Positions 36,901 to 52,915 of a stretch of DNA of 64,000 nucleotides are shown piece after piece (within the stretch, counting starts at the first letter, position 1; each line of letters begins with the position of its first letter). The stretch is from contig CM082577.2 of the NCBI GenBank assembly GCA_040954595.2, forward strand, positions 2,294,001-2,358,000, given 5' to 3'. The DNA comes from Balanoglossus misakiensis (taxonomy: Eukaryota > Animalia > Hemichordata). Under the pieces are notes generated by a model that ran no database searches, was not told where the DNA came from, and was given only the letters and a program-made list of their open reading frames with translations. Position numbers and translations under genes: made by a program.

Positions 36901-39900
36901 CAAAATTTGAATGGCAAATTTTATCGGAGTCCAGTCCTCTATTTTCATTAAAGTCACACATTAGCATGAACCCGACAACCCGTCGTTTAACTATTGGATT
37001 TACGAACCAAATCAAATGCTCGAAGATACTCCGCGGGTGATACATCCTCAGCTTTTGTCTGTCGTAGGCCTATCTGCCCACGCCCGAATTATTGGACAAT
37101 GGTCCTCTTTCACGCTATTGGGGAGCCTTCCACTCGAATCGACGCATTTTTCTCGAGGTTTAGATGTTTAATTCGATTCTGAACGTCTTGGCGGCGATGA
37201 TGCGATAACGGACAGTAGGCGTTTGACCCACTACCAGGCTTTGATATGTTGGGCATTAGGATGATGACTCGGAGATCAACTTCTTTGAGAACAACTAAAA
37301 CGAAATACATGCATTGCATCAATTCCCTTACATCATTATACAGCAGGTATTTGTTCCTCCTTTGGTCACCTCAGCTACCATTAATTAACAAAAAAAACCT
37401 ACACAAACAATAGATTTCTGTAACTTTGAAATTCTCTCTTTAAAAATCTGTCGGCCATATTGAATCGCCGGGACAAAAAGGGCGCGCCCGTTCAGATGGA
37501 ATCTGCCCATTTCAGATAAATCACACATGATGTGTGTGTTTTAAGTGATGTCAAAAATTCTGCTCTGCGTGTAGAAAGTTAGCAGACCTAAGATTTCCTG
37601 TTCTGAGTTCGCATTTTCACGGTATCGAGTTCATGTGTTCGGTCTTCTGGTCGGAAGAAAATTGGCATTGTCGTTGTAGTACTGGTGTTTAGTCGCCAAC
37701 ATAACGCTAAACTCGACTATTCATCTGAAATTTCTGGCGCTAAATTAACAGTAGAGACAGCATTGCATGACTTTATAAATGAATTCAGAACTTGAGAAAA
37801 CTAGATACGATATTCCGTACCGACATAAGATTCATGTATGTTCGATCCGCACCACAGTATAACAGGCGCCCGGCTTTTGACTTGGGGTTTTTCAGTGCTA
37901 GATTGCAAGCTCTAGTCGATCGTTCAGTTGAATCGAGAACAGTAAAACATGGGGATGTTTTATCGACCATTTTTGAGAAATGTGAAATAGGATTACATTC
38001 CCCGACATGAATGACTAGTGGTGTACAGAACACACCGGAGCTATAAATCGCTGGCATTTGAAGCGTTGTTTTTCTCAGCCTGACTCGACTCTATATTGTA
38101 CAATTGACGGTCGAATTTTCTCAGACATGCGGTTAGGCGTCTAAGCTAATATATGCTCAGACAAATCACAAAACCGCGGCATGTGTGCGGATTTAGGCAA
38201 GCATTGGCTTCAAAATTTCACCGAGTTACACCGTTCTCAGGTACATGGGTGGTATATGTTGTATTTTTCTGTGATTTTTTTCCGGGTGCCATGATAGTGT
38301 CTGAATCACTCTCCGCCAGTCGTTGTACGGTTGTACTCGAAAATTGATCATTTCTGAATGCAGGATTTGACATTTTCGGTGAATGTCATGGTTTTGACAG
38401 TGTGATATGGAAATGGTACAATTTTCAAGGCAATTCGTTGTAGAATCGAAACAAATAACGTCGGATAATTGGATATTGTTGAAATGTTGACCAATTACTA
38501 GTATGGCCAGTGGTTTTATAAATGCTCCGGTTTTATTGCTCACTCATCTTCTAATTTTAAAACACGATGCAGGTGTTAAAGAAATAGAATCAAGTATGAA
38601 CATACATGTCTGCTTCAGATTCAGGGTTGTGTTCTCAAGCTTGGTTAGCTTGATCACTCTAACAGAGAGAAGAGTTTTCCCCTTTTTATTTTGGTCACAT
38701 TTCAACAATATCCGGGGCTCCGGTTACCCCAAAACAGTTCTATTCTTGTGAAATTTAAAAGCAATTTCTTGCCATCAAAATTGGTGACGTGGCAGGACAG
38801 CAAAGGCTTTCGTTGTTGTGAACTCTTCAATGTTCAAACCCTCGGGCATGTATGTTATTCGAATTTTACATATAACAAATGCATAGCGATCAGGCATCTC
38901 CACTTCTGTCAATGTTCTGCGTGACAATCAAAATGGATGAAAAGGAACGGGTTGGAATAAACCTCTCTAATTTGCAACAGGTTGTCAATGCACAGAAATA
39001 CCAGGCTTTATTTTTGTCTTTGTCATGAAATGACCACGTGCCCAGTTATTTTAATTACAATGTTGGCCTATTTCGCTTAGTACAGCTTTGTTTATATTTT
39101 ACAGATAACCCTTTATTCATAATAGAATCATTACGTCCCAACAGGCAAGAAATGCCCGACAGAAAATTATCAGCCTCTGATAGACTTTTGGTCAGTTTAT
39201 AACAAAATAAAATCGTTAAAAACACATGAAAGTTGTGTAGTTTTACCCCAACCTCTTGCCTGTTGGAGCGTACACACACGATCGCGCGAATTTTAAAAGT
39301 AACGACTTCTGCACGTTCAAAACAAAGCCAACTTGATTGAAATCTACAGTTTTCCCGCCAAATAATTCTGACGACAATGTATAAAGACACCAGTAAGCAA
39401 AATGGCGGGGGGGGGGGGGGGGTCAAGGTTAAAACGAGTCGGCGCATGACAAGAACGCGTGTTAATCTAGAAAACAAGGTCTTGTCGTTCTTTACTTTTA
39501 AGTAACTTGCACCACGCGGGAGTTTTTCTCAAATTGCATCTTTGTGAAAAGCGCACAAGTTTGACAAGAAAGGTGTTTGATGGTAGGTCACATTTTTCAA
39601 CAAGACGCGTTTCCTATAATACGCGTCAGCACAAACATTAAAATGGCGAAGGTGAAATGCGGGCAGTTATAATATTTAAATGATCAAGTCATTATCATTT
39701 TGTGACCCCTTTGCCTAAAATGTAGTTCTTGGTAAGTTTCAATTACTCCATATGGCAAGTTTTTACATTCATGAGAAAAGTAAACACAAGATTCTGTCTC
39801 GTTTTTTATTCTTCAATGCTACTCATAAAACTTTTTAATCGGGAACGAGGATAAATGTGACTCGTACAGCTGACTTAGAAATGTTCTGCTTCTACCTTTA

Positions 39901-42900
39901 TGCAAATTATGCTCATTAAAGAAATGACTGTAGACAATTAAGGTCTTATAGACACATGGCTATAAGGTCTTTAACGCTTCTTTGTGGTTGTTTACTTCGG
40001 ATAGGTGTGGTTATATTGGATGGTTCTTATCAAACCTTTTCAAATGTCGGTTCCTTTGGACAGGAACTATAGAAACAAGAATGGGATTAATTGTTTTGAC
40101 GTCACACTTCCTTTCATCTTCTCCGTTTCGATGCGAGATTCCATGAAACAACGATATCTATAATCTACCTTAATTGATCCCAGAACCGTTTGTATGGCAA
40201 TTGCATCGTAATATGAAAAATTATCGGCACTATTGTATTATCTGCATGTGCGTAAATACACATCGATGTTTCACTGGCGTTTATCAGAAAACGAATTCTC
40301 CTTCTAAAGAGATGGGCTTCGCATTGACTTGCGAATGTGGCTTTCGCTGAGCTTTGGCATAGGTACGGCTGCCATTGTATGCGCGCATCCAGGGTTCATT
40401 GACCCCTGCCCGTTGCCATGGCTATATCTCCTTGTATGTAATACTTTCCTTCGTCGACGCACCGTCGCGCCCAGTCCGCTCATCCGGTACACACTGTCGT
40501 TTCAGTACTAGTATAATCGGGAATGGTTGTAAATCATTCAGATATATATACAAGGACATTGTCGACAGCCATCGCGGCCTCTTGATGTGTGTCGTAGTAA
40601 TTATTCAGGGCTGCCATGTTGGCAGTGTCGGCGCACTGTTGCAAAACATATACTATGAAGCGGCCCTTGATTGAATCTTCATTCGAATCAATGCAAGAGT
40701 AAGTGCGTAGGCGTGGATTATAATAGACCGACTTTCCGTTGTCACTTGCAAGCGCGCCAAACGTGGCATCGACTGACCTCTATAAACTATACCTCTTTAT
40801 ACTCACCTTGTTATATAATAAATCACTCGATTTGAACGATCTATTCACTCAGAGAGAGAGATAGAGAGAGAGAGAAGAGACAGGCAGACATACACACAGA
40901 TACATGGAGAGACAGAGAGGGGGAGAATGGTCTATTCAGGGAGGAGGAAAGAGATACCACTCGCTCTATTTATAAAGGATGCAGAATAAGAAGTGGGGGA
41001 CTTTTGGTCGAGTTTTCAAAAAACGGTTATTTAAATTGCTTGTCACGTGATGGTTGTGTATACAACGGTCACATTGAAGTAACTAAAATGTTCTCCTACA
41101 TCTAAGCTTTAAGAAAATATATACTTTTAGGGGATTCTGAGCATGATAATTAACAGAGAAATGTTTATTTCAAAGAGTGAATTCCTTTAGGTTGCATCCT
41201 TAATGTAAATACTAGTACATTCACTGCCTTTAATTTACACCCAGAAAGAATTTTGCGTTCGCTTCCCTCAATTAACACCTTCTTAGCAATATAATCCAGA
41301 TGTGCTGGTAAGCCGGCTCCTTTGTTTTTCAGTTGTGTAGTAAACAATGAGCTAATTCAAAATGTTCATTCACAGCGCCATTGTTTCACAATCACTCCCT
41401 TAAAATTTTCCCGCTATGATTGCTTGGGCCCGTTAAAGGGACAAAGTCTCTCTCTCCCCTTTTTTCTATTAATTATGTTTGATACAAGACACCGTTTATG
41501 TTATTCTACATGTGGATATATAGCGAGTCAACGTTCGACCACACACAACTTCCATCCCACTTGAAGACACGAGCGTGAAAAACTGGCTAAAATGAATAAT
41601 TGGTCTCTACCGTTTATTCATTTTGGCGAAATTTTTACTCTCATATCCTACAAACGGGATGGGACTCTTATGCGGTTTTGATATGATTGGTCAGCTCCTT
41701 CCTGAATCCAGTCTATAAACAGGTGTACAGCTGCCCGTTGTCCCGACAAGAAAAGCCGTGACTATTTGACCTCAAGCTCCGACCACTGGCAGCCATTATT
41801 TCAGGAGCGAGCGGCCCCTCTCGTCAGTGACAGTTGAGCCAGGCAGAATATAAATTTTGTGAGCACTTGTGTAATACACGGAGTTCACTGACATTTCATG
41901 AGGTCAGATGGGCGTGACACCACTTGCGAATTTGTGTCGAGTCAACCTATATGTCGGACATACGATGCATCGCGTCTTTGCACTCAAAATTGAACACGCA
42001 AAATAAATCACGATCTTCTTGGTCGGCCAGTTGACTTTATACTCATCCAATAGTCGTCAAATTCTTGGTACGAAACTCGTTATTCGCCAACACATGCAGG
42101 TAGCTATAGGTAACGCGGTTTAGTAATTCGTCCACCCATACACGAATGCAACCAAAGAGCACACGTTTGGACAGGCTATAGCCTCTCTGAGCAACTGCCG
42201 ACACATTAATAATAACCAGCCAATTAACACCAATTAACACCTGAAACAATAGTCAATGCCCGTCCTCATCCAGTTGTTTTCCGTAACGGCCTCATTTAGA
42301 TTTGATAGTATGGTGTAAATTGGCGAGAATTTTACTTGATATTCTTTAGTATCAAGTCAAATATCAGTTTTGTATACTCATTAGTTATCTAGCTCATAGC
42401 CTAAGTGCCTTGGTACCACCCGTGTGGGAACTCTGAGTTTGGGATCATGATAAACTAAACGCCACGAAAAAGTACGCCGGAGTCCCCTGCACAATGTAGA
42501 CGAGGTCAAGCTAGCTTGGGTCATTTGAAGACCGTCCCGTCCTTCACCTGTTTCTTGTATGTTTGCGTTTCCTGGTTGACATCGCTTGTGAACACAGGCG
42601 ATTTGGATATAGAAAATACCGCCATTGTGTAGTTGTCCCGCAGATTATGCAGATTTCAGAGGGTCGTAGTAGGTGTTTAGCAAGTCTAGAGCAAATTGTA
42701 AATATGCCCGTATACGGTCAAAGTGTGACGGGGCACTTTTTTTCGCATGGCCCACCCGTTTTGGTAAATTACCATCTACCCTCATCACTATCTTGAGTTC
42801 ACGATTATTACCGACAAGTTTTCGACATGGTTAGAGCAAGAACTGACGTTTAATACTTTGTTTAATAGTCAGAGATTTTACTGGAAGACTCCATTAAAGT

Positions 42901-45900
42901 ACCGCACTAATAATTGAGGAATAAACAATATGTGGGTAAATATTGCATATGGATTTACTACAAGTTGAAATGGCAGGATTTATAGAGACGGCTTACCGCT
43001 TGTAAATCCGCACTGGCAAATTCGTATAGTAGTCACCAACTTTTGATAGTTTGAGGGTCATATCTCTTTCACAGGAGTAGTAATTTGTTTAATAATTATA
43101 CATTAATACTGTTACATACCAAACTCAACTGACGGTCGTGGGGACGCTGTCGACGATCTCTATGCGTGTACATGTAAATACGCGCAATTTTTGAGGATGT
43201 GCGCTGACGTAATTTGAGCCAGCCTGGTGTGTTCGGTCGGTCACCTGCCAAATGCTCTGCATTTCAGGCAAAGGTAATTCAACAGGGTGTTTTTAGACGA
43301 ACGTGAAATGGTCGCCGTGGTGGAAAATCAACACCGTTTCAAAGTCAGTAATTAAATTGAATGGGCACGTGACACCTCAGTGGCGGTTTGATTGGCCAGT
43401 TTACCTAGTGTCAGGCCGAACTTTCACTGCCATTACACCTGATCCACGGGCATACATTGCACCGTTTGCATATAGGATGAGATTCTTGGCGTTTACATTG
43501 TACGTATATGAGAAAGTGCTACTGAAATATCATCTTGTGGTGTTAATCACGGTTTTGGGGGGTTCAAACAGGGACACGCCGTGGCGGTCGCCGTGCTCTC
43601 AATTCTGACCAGACATTCACGAAAACCTGCAGTATAGACCCTAGACCTCTCTTAATCCATGGACGAAAATGGCATCATCGTTAGATAAGTTATGTCCAGT
43701 GGTTTGACCTTTGACCTGCCTGACATTAATAAATCGTACCATTACTACTCATGACACGGGGAGGGGGGAGAAGGTAGGTTTTCACCGTATTGACAAAGTT
43801 TTGCAAACTACATTTGCCATTATGTATAAGTAAAGGCATGTGTATGCTCTCTGGTTTGAAGTCTTTTTCCCGCTTCAGACCTGTTTTTTTCAATATTTGC
43901 TTAAAACTATGCATTGAAGGGTTCCTTGTCCTGGATTAACACTACCACTTGGACCGGGATTAACTTCTAATCTCCACCATTTATCAAATTATGTTACGCT
44001 TTAACTTTTTGAAGACTGTTTAATCCACAATTCAGTGCCGCGGACGGAATACCTGTGATGAAAGATTTTTGACTTTGGGTAGGCCCACAGCATTTTTTCA
44101 GTAGTTACTTTGATTTATAAAAAAAAACGCGGTAAAACGTTAATAAGATACACCTGAAATCATCTTAACCTCCAATAAGAACTTTGATCTAGTCCATGCG
44201 ATGGCGTATAATTATATGTATTGAAAACGGCGCAAACATTTGACGTCAATAAAATTTGAACTTGCTCCTTTAAATTCACTTGAACTCGCGCCACTCTTGA
44301 CCTTATTATTTTTGCAACAGGGCCAATGACATGTAAAGCGAACAAGGTGGTTTGAAAATTAGCACTCGTGTCAAGTGACAGCTGAATTTCTCATTGAATC
44401 AAAACAACCGTATGTTTCGTACCAGTGTAAGTAAGAATAAAAGGACATTTTGGTCGATGCAAAACAGCCTTTGAATCTTCACCGTTTGTATATAGGCACG
44501 GACGTCGAATATCATACATATGAATAAACTTTCTGGTGGGAAGTCTTTTCGTTAAAAAAAACACGCATCGTTTTCACCGTGCAAACTGGATCGCAGACTA
44601 GTTTTGTTGACCTACCATGGTTATGAATTATGGAGACGTATTGTTTTATTGTTCATCTATGGTGTTTGTTACTTCATAACTCTCGAAACCAAACGAGCGG
44701 TACTTTTGTGTTTACTTTTGCTGTTGAGATCGACCTCGTGTTTCGATGGCCAGACTGTCCAAACAGGTACACATGTACTACAGGGCCTATATATTATCAT
44801 ATTCACCCGGGGGTCTTTAAATATATCCATTCCAAGCCGACTAGTCTCACCATAGAAAATAATATTACTCAAGTTAATGTTTTGGCATATTAGGGTTCTA
44901 TGCGATTACAGATTTCTAAATTCATTTCCTTCTACGGGACTGATCACCAGTGTCAAGTGCTAATGCTTGTACGAAGAAGCCAGTAATGACGGCATGCCAA
45001 CCCCCCTAGTTTTAATTCATGAATTATTATAACAAGCTATAAAAAAACACCCTCGTAAGGGGGGGCATTCGTTTAGTTCTGACTTGTTCCAAATACTGGT
45101 AAAATATATCTGTTGCTGAAGCTACGCCGTATTTTTAACCACGGACTTTGCATTGTGTACTGACTGAGGTCAAATTGGAGCCATTGTCCCGAGTCAAAGT
45201 ACGCCCCACTCGAATATAGGTGTGTATCAAGGCAATGAGATCACCCTTGCGCATACAACAACAGCAGCATTATAGGTTTTTAATTTTAGTGTTTTGTCGA
45301 CAGTTCTAGGTCTGAGTGCTGTTGTAATCGGCTGCATGTGATCACCGCCTAACAGGGATCATGTTTTAAGAGAAATCCTAATAAATCGATCACCTGGCCT
45401 GGCTTTCTTTGTTTTGGCGCGTAGTGGACTCGCTCCCGTTTGCGTGAAGTCGTCTGCTCTTTCGATGGTCATGCACCCATCGTTCTGTCTTGTTGCCTGA
45501 GATGACCCCTTCGAAACTATTATTTTTTTATTTTTCGATTGATCTTTTGAGCGAATGTATGATACACTTGCCATGGAAATGTCAATGACAGATTTTAACG
45601 CGGAAAAAGTGCGCCGTTAGAGGACACAGACTAACTTGTACTTTTAACCATATGGGGTATACCTTTATACCATTCCCCACACAATCAAGAAATTTTGAAA
45701 AGACCGAAAGTAGGTCGGTGCACTTGTCAAAAGATCCCTCCGCGTTGACTTTTTCACACGCTGCACTCTAGTTCCACCCACAGCTGGACATAAGGGGGTC
45801 ATTGCCTCCATCATTATATAAGAAGGGGTTCATGACAGATATTAGTAATTAGGGGGGGGGGATTATTTTGCTGCCAATGTAGGGTCAAAGGTCATAACGA

Positions 45901-48900
45901 GCCCTGGTAGTCAGTCGCCTTTCGGACTTTCACATACATAGCAGATTAATACTAGGCATGTCCCGCTCGTTGGAGTCGCAAATCACATTAATACCGCCTG
46001 TATATAGTGCCGAGTAAAGGTAAAAAGGGCGCCATGTTGTCTGATCGGACTGTCCTACACACAAACAGTTTCAGCGCCCTGAACAATTGAGGATTTGCGT
46101 TTTACAATGTTTTGCTGTAGGAGAGTAAAATGGAATTCCTTTGCGTTCATCCGGTTTTGTTGCTTTAAAGCTTGTTTTGGACGTTCGAAAGATAAACAAA
46201 TTATAGAATTCACTATATATATAACGCGTTATGACATTTCGCATTTCTAATATATAAATCTGGTTGTCTTAGCGATGCCATTTTTAAGTCTGTAAGCCTA
46301 AAAATTTGAGAAATTCTTTCTTTTTTCCCACTTTTCTTATGGCATCCGTCCTTTCGTACCTGAAAGGAAATAACATTGCTATGCGGGAAGTCTAAACTCG
46401 GGAAACTTGACAAATGTTGTTTCTAGATACACTGTGAGGTTTTCTTCATCGTCACTGTTTTAGCATTCAACAACCCTTGTTTGCTAGTAGCAGCGTTGAT
46501 GGCGCCCTTCTTACGTTGGTAAGGCAAGAAGACCAAGCTCTCTCCAAATCATTCCTGGCAAACGAAGTCTCGTCTAATCTTTCTCAAACTTGTCAACGTT
46601 TGACCAAAGTATCGGTAACCGAATAGCAGCGCCAAACAAAAGGCTTCAAAAATGTGATTTACAACCAACATTCCTCGATTTTGTTCTGTGTCAACTTTGA
46701 CCCACATTGAACAGAGGTGAAGGTTCGCAAAATTAATAACTTTCAATATTAGTAAAACAGGCATTGGGGAAGAAACTGTTCCCTCAAGGCCACTTGAACT
46801 ATGACAGCCGAGAATCTTTAAGTATAATGGTGTTCCCCTCCCGTCTTAAGTCGTTCCAGAGCCCTCCGATCAATTGAAGGTTTTCCGATGAACATACGAT
46901 AGATGTGTAAGTCATACATGTATCAGAGATGACTTGACAGACGGCGACCAATCCTGAACAAGCCACTGACACACGAAACTTTGGTGGCGTTACATGTAAT
47001 AACCGTTGGCGAATTTTCCATAATTCATCGGTTAACATTGTGACCTTGTCTCTTGCGACATAAGTTGACGCGGCGTCAAGATTGAGAGCAAGCCGCATTC
47101 CCGACCTTGGCTATTTGGAGAGTTTGGGGTGAGTGGACATTGATTGAAGCAGCAATTCGCGCGACATTATATATGACACGCGGACATATTTCATTTGTTG
47201 TGACCAAGGTGGCAGAAATCGCAGAAAAAACAACGTGGTGTGGACCTAACGATTGGACCCCCCCCCCCCCCAGTACAGTGCCGTCATAGTGAAATCTCAA
47301 CAAACTTTTTGAAGTATTAAATTGAAATGTGAATTGTCATGTAAACTTTGCAAAGTTTCTAACATTACATTATTTGTCATGTTTGGTCACGAGACGGCAG
47401 GGATCAAACAAATGAAAAGTATGTCCATTTTTTCAAGTTTCGCGCATTTTCAGATTTAGATTTAGATTAGAATTATAATCATCGTGTTCATTTAAGTTAT
47501 TTCATATCTTTTGAAGTTAGTAAGATTTTTTTCTGTTGGATAATTCGCCGTGAAATGGCAAAATTACACTAAGTCAATACAGTATGGGCGACATCCGTAT
47601 GAGGGCGAACGCTTTGAAGACTGACGCTATACAGCGACAAGTTCATATTCATTTATCGGGCACAGCTCATTAACTCTATCACAACGAAATATTTATATAC
47701 ATCCTCCTATCAAAGTATTTCAGGTTTGCTGTGGTCATGAGCTGATATACAGGTCTGGCTTTTGAGTAGGATAGGGAGCTACCTGCACAGAGCTTCGGCG
47801 GCAAATAGTGCATTGCCTCACGATGATAGAATCAGTCGCGACCCGTGGTAAAGGCGTTGTACCTTTGCCCCTGAAACCTGAAGAAATTCGTCAGATTTAA
47901 ACCAAAAATCAAGAAAATATTGTGAAATGCTCTGTTCCAAAATATCGGCACGTCTGCCTTAATTTCAACGTTTTTATTGGCGTTCTATCAGCGCACCTCG
48001 AATAAAGGTCGTTCGTTTCATTTTTGACAAGACGATGGAAAGTCGCCGAATCGCCATTTTGTTTCGCCACAGCGCGGCCGTCCTCCATATTGGATACACC
48101 GCGAAGCACAGCCGACCGAACCGAAAGGTTACGCCGATGAATTGTGACGTCGTCTGTCACTCAAGGCTGAACAATAATACTTCTACGAAAAAAGCGTTTT
48201 CGGCGAAGTCTTTATCGTCATTTTCCGAGAACTTGCAATATACTATGATAATTAGACTACAACCTAGATGTAGGTCGAACAACAAATTGAGTCGACGACG
48301 GCAGGAGGGCACTCCTGCGCCAGAGTCTGTTTTCTACTGTCTATGGTTGTCGTCTCCAAAACGGGCCATAAACACACTGAAACAAATCCTAGGCTATTGT
48401 GTCTGAAATGAAATTTAAAATACTCGAACAGATTAAGGTGTTTAAAATTAATTTTCTTAATACAGAGTAGCTGTGTGGGTACATCCCGAAGAGGGCTACG
48501 CAAACTTTAAGCTGCTCTTAGCGGATTTGCGGGCGCGCATTCTGTATTTCATTGCCCACCTGAAAGGAAAACTACCATGGAATCATCACTAGTATGTTAC
48601 TGTCTGTACGTCAGCCGGCTGTACGAGACGGGCAATTCACCAAAGTCAGTAAAAATATAAATCCACACCCACGCGATCCTGGTTTTCTGATTTATCCCGT
48701 CAGAATCATTATATGACAAAACTCCCGAACTCTGTCTGCTCCAAGCGACTAAGATAATAACCCTTTAAAAAAACATGGGCTCGACTGATGGTGTGAGCGA
48801 GAGTTCTTTCGATATTCGCCATATGGTAGTTTGTTGTTGGTCTGTTGCCATGGCGCTAGCTGAACATTTTAGTTGCATGCGCGATAGTTTCCCGCTTAAA

Positions 48901-50873
48901 ACACTTCCAAAGTAAGTAATTTGCTGAAAAAAATAGAAAGATTTATCTTGTTTTGAGAAATGTGAAAACCCACAATGAATGAGCGGTTGTTTTTTGAAGG
49001 GGTTGTTTTGTCAATTTTATGAGATTTTCACTGGTACTTTACTGTGTGTCATGATTACCATCAACATATAGTTGGCAAACTTTTTGTGTATTAACCTGCT
49101 TGGAGTTTATGAAGGGCCTGTGTGAATGACATTTTTTGCGGGATCAAGTCAATTCCACCGGCTATATTGTTGCTGAAGTAGCCCGTTGCCCGCCGCAGTT
49201 TTCGCCGTTCCATTTTGTCGTGCTACTTGCGAGTTTTGTCAACGATTTCTTCAAGACATTTATTTCCTCCGACCGCCACTAAGTTGAAACACCATCAATT
49301 CTAATTTGCCAATTCAGACATCTGGAGGACAGTGGCGAACCAGTAGAGCCCAACAATTTACAAAGAAGTTAAAGAGTGTTTAATGTGGTCGTCCAAATCA
49401 CTTGTCCTACACTTTGTCCATTGAAATCTCAGTAGCGGCCACCTCTTGACTTTTTTCACGATTCAGTTTATAAGGCTGTCACCAAAACTACCAAATATTC
49501 TCACAAAAAAGACGCGTTTCCCCCTTGTCGTAATTTTCCAGCTCGTATATAGCAAGGCCCATAAGTGATATCGTGACACTTTCTTGTTGCAACACGTGTA
49601 CAAGAACTGCGCCGGTGAATTGCAGTGTGTGACTATTAGTATTTCTCAGTCGGGACGCAACCATAAAATGGTCATCGATGTGTACAGCTTTCGTAGAAAT
49701 TTGGACATTATATAGGAATGATACATGAAAGCAATGTAAAAGCAAATGTGATACACTGACCCCACTCTTTGCACCAACTACCACTGCTATGATGTGTATA
49801 TTAAGAAGCGGGTTCTGTGACAACATTAACTGTGGTTTTGAGGGAAAGGGTTTGAGAACGACAGTTCGACACATTTTGAACTTTTCCCCAGCGTACATTG
49901 AGAGTCAGACTGATAATAATGTTATCATCAATTTGTTTTACATGAGGGTGTGTTTTAGGCGCAATGCCAGTAAAAATAAATCATATTTAGTGAAATAAAT
50001 GCATAAAAACCCTGATGTTGTACAAGACTTTACACAGTTTCACACCAAAATTGTGTTTTTAGGTCAATTTGTCTGTCGTGCGGCCTCATGCAGTTGAGCA
50101 GTGTGTTGGTCAATGCAGTAAGTGGACCTTATGGTTTTCCCCGCAGAGTATTACAAACAAAACACTCTCATCTCTCTCAACATGAATTGACTCGATTGGG
50201 AAGCAATAATTGAAGTAGTTCTTGATCTCCATCATCGATTTCACTTGCAACATCTGGTCTATGCCAGAAAGCAACGATAAAGCTCAGATAAGTGTTTGGG
50301 TCGAAATTGGATATAACGTGTTGCGTATACGAGCATAGCAACCGGGCGAGTTGTAACACATCGAACTACAGATGTGAATTACTTGAATTTTTGTTAAGTA
50401 GATCGCTCTTTGCGTCTTGACATTTCAGGGAGTTTGTTAGTTGATGCTGTATCAAAACGCCGTATGAAGTATAGGGTTAGTTCAGTCTCTATAACTAAAT
50501 GGTCCACATCGTTACATAATTGTACATCTTATGATATTGTATTACATTACTTCTTATTGCGTAAAGGTGAAATAAAATATGATGATACTATGATGCTAAA
50601 TATCACATCATCTTTTTGGTTTCATTACAGATTGCAATGGTGAGTTCGGCGCCCCCCACCCCCCGGGGAACATACTGCGGCGTTATTATCCTTCCAAGAA
50701 GCCTTGTCTCTGGGTGACGCGGTGCCTACCACCGCGGAGTTTGGCTCGGTGGCGGAAACGTTTGAGCAGCAAGGTCAGTGAAGGTGGACAAGGGTATGAT
50801 TGTTGCGAAAATATTTGGTTAATGTTGTTGGATTTGTCGGGTTTAATCAGTTTAATTGACAGTGGCGTCTCGT

Positions 50874-50911
50874 GTGATGTGATGTGATGTGATGTGATGT
50901 GATGTGATGTG
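50874..50911. repeat. (TGTGA)n microsatellite
   Basis: About 7 perfect pentamer units. Confidence 0.9.
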
Positions 50912-52915
50912 ACACTTCTACAAGACTTCGTAATTTTCAACAGCAAATTTTTCCGTAATTAGGCTTCAACTAATGCAGCGAATCGCCTCTCACCGTATAG
51001 CGTCCAAATCTCTGCAGCCGAGTCGGCCCGTGTCACGCCGGCTCCATCCCACCTGTCGCCGTGCAATCGTGAACTACACCAGCGCCCAGCATCTGTAAAC
51101 TCACTTCTCTTCCCTGTCTCGCTGCTTGCTTGCTTTCGAAACCAGGCATCGAAACCAAGGCTCCATGTAGTATCGCAATAATCTGGAAACGTGTCAAACC
51201 ATGCCCATTGTGATAGAATATTATTTAGGCCGGGTGCATGGGATCCGGTCGCGGGTGGGATGAAAATGCCGCAGAAGTGTAGGCCAGAGTTCCCTACATT
51301 CGAAGTAAAAACGGTCTTCTGAGAAACGTTGATAAACAGACGTATAATTAGTTTCGGTAGGCGGGTTTCTTTCAGTTTCCGTATCAAATTGCCGAAAATT
51401 TTACTGATCATCGATACCCGAAATATATCTAGAGTGATTGCTACATATATCTCTCTAATGAGTCACTTTTCTGCGACAGTCAGAGGTAGGTCTGTTTTTA
51501 GTTTATCTTGAGTTGGATACTCGGAATACTATTGTGTTTAATAACAATCATGTAAGATTTACAGACTTATATCGGCGATAACTCGAAAAAGTTTGCTGAC
51601 ACCGAGACCCACATAAGTTCCTATTCCAATAGCAAAATTGTTTGTAACACACATGTTCGCACATTCTCATCAAAATGGGAATCTTTAGTGGCAAACTGCA
51701 CACCGAAAGCATTGACCCGTCATCTCTTTTCCTATAGCAAAATTAGATTAATTACTAAAACCTTGATTCAGCTCTCGTACCCCATGATAATTTTATTTTT
51801 AAGCATAAAAGTTCATACCCGCAAAAATACAAAGTCTGGACAAGTACGTTCGGTCTACGTAATTGTATTTTATTGGCTTATAAAGTTCATCATGTGTAAA
51901 ATTAATGACATAATTATCGATTTCCTATCATGTGAACAGGTCGTATAGAAATAGAAATGAGAATAAAGAGTGTTGATCCAATCCCGCCCTTTCAATTAGA
52001 TAACATTGAACAGACCTCCAGCCATTTTTGTACAATGAATAACGTCATTATACATTTATATTGTAGGATTTCCCGCGATCCCAGTGCAGAAGTTACTTAT
52101 AAATATGATGAGACTAGCAAAACTTGAGTCACGAATTTACATTGCTTCGGATGGGATTGTATAAATGCATGTAGGTTAATTGTTCTTGTATATACAGAAC
52201 AGCGGAGAGATCTTGCAGAATAACGGATCTGGGGGTATGTGGTATGGCTTATTAATTTGATCAAATCCAGCGTCATTCAGGTGTCGCTGTTCGTGCATGG
52301 GGGGGGGGGGGGTCCGTTTACTGAGGAAATGTAGGGACAGGTTTTCCTCTATTTTGAAATTGCGCGTGGTGAGTTTTTCTTAATAATTACAACTTCTATA
52401 AATCTGTTTTTTGTGTGAATGTTTTACATTTTGCAGTTTTTTCGTTCCTAAGCACACGCAAGTCGGGTGTATCTCTAACTAACCAGAGGTATACCCTCTC
52501 ATAATACGTGTCTTCTCTCGAAAGTTGCGAGTCGTTTATATTTCATTGAGACACACGTTTCTCGTTGCCTCCTTCCACGATGTCGTCTGGCGTTTTCAAT
52601 TTTCAGCAAATTGAATTTCATCAATGTTTATTGTTTCCCCGTCCTTATTTTAATTGTCTCATCACGCACCGACATGCAAAATATGAAACTATGCCACAAT
52701 CTTAGTCGACGAATGCAGAAAGTTGTTCATCCAGTTGGGTTTGCGTTCTTGTTGCTGGAAAACGCCCAAAACTGGGTTTCTACTCCATTGCGCCCAAATC
52801 GTATACTTTACAATGTGATGTCCGGGTAAATATGAAAGTGTAATAACAAGCGGACATGTGTCTATTGTTGATAACGATGGGAAGTGCTGTGAAAAGGCAT
52901 GGCCACTCTGGCTTC

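Noticed and set aside
42380-42402. Partial resemblance to miR-9 (GTTATCTAGCT)
   Set aside because: The seed region does not match and I saw no precursor hairpin.
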